NCBI GenBank assembly: GCA_951406725.2
Contig: OX597828.1
Span: 68,200,001-68,264,000 of the forward strand
DNA length: 64,000 nt
From: Octopus vulgaris
Taxonomy: Eukaryota
Reading direction: 5' to 3'
Positions 62,392-64,000 of this stretch are shown here, piece by piece (positions within the stretch are counted from its first letter, which is position 1; every line of letters starts with the position of its first letter). Both the position numbers and the translations under genes were made by a program. The notes under the pieces are model-generated. The model did not search any database, was not told the origin of the DNA, and saw only the letters and a program-made list of their open reading frames with translations.

Positions 62392-62634
62392 TATTTCTTT
62401 GCTACCCACAAGGGGCTAAACATAGAGGGGACAAACAAGGACAGACAAAGGGATTAAGTCGATTACATCGACCCCAGTGCGTAACTGGTACTTAGTTAAT
62501 CGACCCAGAAAGGATGAAAGGCAAAGTCGGCTTTGGTGGAATTTGAACCCAGCAATTTGAACGTAGCAGCAGACAAAATACGGCTGGGCATTTTGCCCGG
62601 CGTGCTAACGTTTCTGCCAGCTCGCCACCTTCCT
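62392..62634 (-). mobile_element. tRNA-derived SINE family C, representative copy with TSD
   Basis: GGCGAGCTGGCAGAAACGTTAGCACGCCGGGC head, GTTCAAATTCC B box, TSD CCATACTAATAT(G/T)TACC; copies at 11757-11986, 43875-44105, 53697-53905, 60787-61018, 63526-63740 and many fragments. Confidence 0.85.
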
Positions 62635-63165
62635 CCATACTAATATTTACCATTAACCAAAACCTTCACTCTTGTTCATCATTCATTAGATTCCCCTCAA
62701 CACCCTTCTTTAACCACTCCTGTGAAATTCCCTACCTACCCTTCCCGATCCTCTCTTATGCTCATCTTTGTTTATCATGTGGGGATGCTCTGACATCTTG
62801 TCACCACCACTTCTTCCTTCCAACTACTCCCACCGAACCCAATATATGGTGTAGTGATGTATCTCCTTAATAGCAAGACACCTGCCTCTCTATAACTTTT
62901 CTTTGTCCTGAGTTACTTAGCGACCGCACTACCATAGAAAAAAACACCTAAAATGATCAGTGTTGACCTTGGCAGAATTTGAACTCAGAAGGTAAAATGA
63001 TCAGTGTTAGGAACAAAATATTATGCTTTCGAAACCATGCTAAAACAAGGGCTTGATGCAGCCATCTAGTTTGTTGAATCTTGTCAAACCATCCAACCTA
63101 TACCAGCATGGAAGATGGACATTAAATTATGATTAGACGCATGCACGCGCACACACACATATATA

Positions 63166-64000
63166 CAGGCATGGGTTGAACACAATAATGGAAACATCAC
63201 TTGCTTAACCATTTTTTCCTATTAGCAATATGGCATGTTCAAAGCTATACTAGTCTGTATATATGCATTTATTTCTATGGATTATATTATGTATGTCTTG
63301 TATTTTGTGATAAGACCTTGATTTCTTTTTGTTATCTATTTTTACACATATATTTAAATAAGATAAGATGTGTGGTTTATTGACTTCTAAAGAGGACAAA
63401 TTTTTGAAGAGCAGAATGCTAAAACTGCTGGTTTAATGTTTCAAGAAGAAAAACTAGCTCCGGCAAGCATAAATCAGGACAGAAAACAAAGCACATAGAG
63501 AGGAAACACAGAATACATAGAGGGGAAGGCAGGGAGCTGGCAGAAACGTTAGCATGCCAGGTGAAATGCTTAGTGGTACTTCATCTGTCTTTACCTTCTG
63601 AGTTCAAATTCTGCCAAGGTCAACTTAGCCTTTCATCCTTTCGGGGTCGATAAATTAAGTATCAATTGTATACTGGCGTCGATCTAATCAACTGCTCACC
63701 TCTCCCCCAAAACTTCAGGCCTTATGCCTAGAGTTGAAAAGAATACATAGAGGGGGGACCATTGAACTACAGCAAAACTAAACCACTACCTTGCAAACCT
63801 TGTGAGCTCCATAGGAGGGCTGCTAAATCTTTCCTGTCATTCAACAACATTGATAAATGGAAAAAAACGTTATCAAGACTATCATAAGTGGCTCAATAGA
63901 ACAATATCATTTTCTATGATGAATCATCGTTCACCCCCTTTTCTAAATTTGGGGCAAGTTTACGTCTGGAGACAACATAAAGATGTTAATCGTGATTGCC
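63166..64000 (+). mobile_element. Decayed Tc1-like transposon (5' part) with a SINE inserted at 63526-63740
   Basis: TA|CAG start; IFYDESSF (DES motif) near 63910; SINE TSD AGAATACATAGAGGGG. Confidence 0.6.

Overview
AT-rich, repeat-dense animal genomic DNA; the SINE families suggest a cephalopod, probably Octopus (inference). The minus strand carries 18 coding exons (31001 down to the TGA at 7704-7706) of CSTF3/CstF-77 (suppressor of forked). They join in frame to 644 aa, matching roughly residue 76 to the end of the vertebrate protein. I found none of the N-terminal exons in the window, so 31002-64000 appears to be one intron of more than 33 kb. One intron has a GC donor, and a strong poly(A) signal lies at about 4372. 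The remainder is tRNA-derived and RTE-type SINEs, MITEs (piggyBac-, hAT-, mariner- and Merlin-like), decayed mariner/Tc1 transposases, and decayed RTE, R4/Dong, Tx1 and Penelope retroelements. The most notable unexplained signal is a set of type I hammerhead ribozyme motifs from several unrelated repeat families. Three have intact cores and several are decayed. They include a tRNA-promoter plus hammerhead element with inverted terminal arms and a remnant just 3' of a Penelope RT/GIY-YIG ORF. Inside the gene the intact cores are antisense and every sense copy is broken. Many long intronic hairpins flank exons. All structures were read by eye; none was computed or tested.
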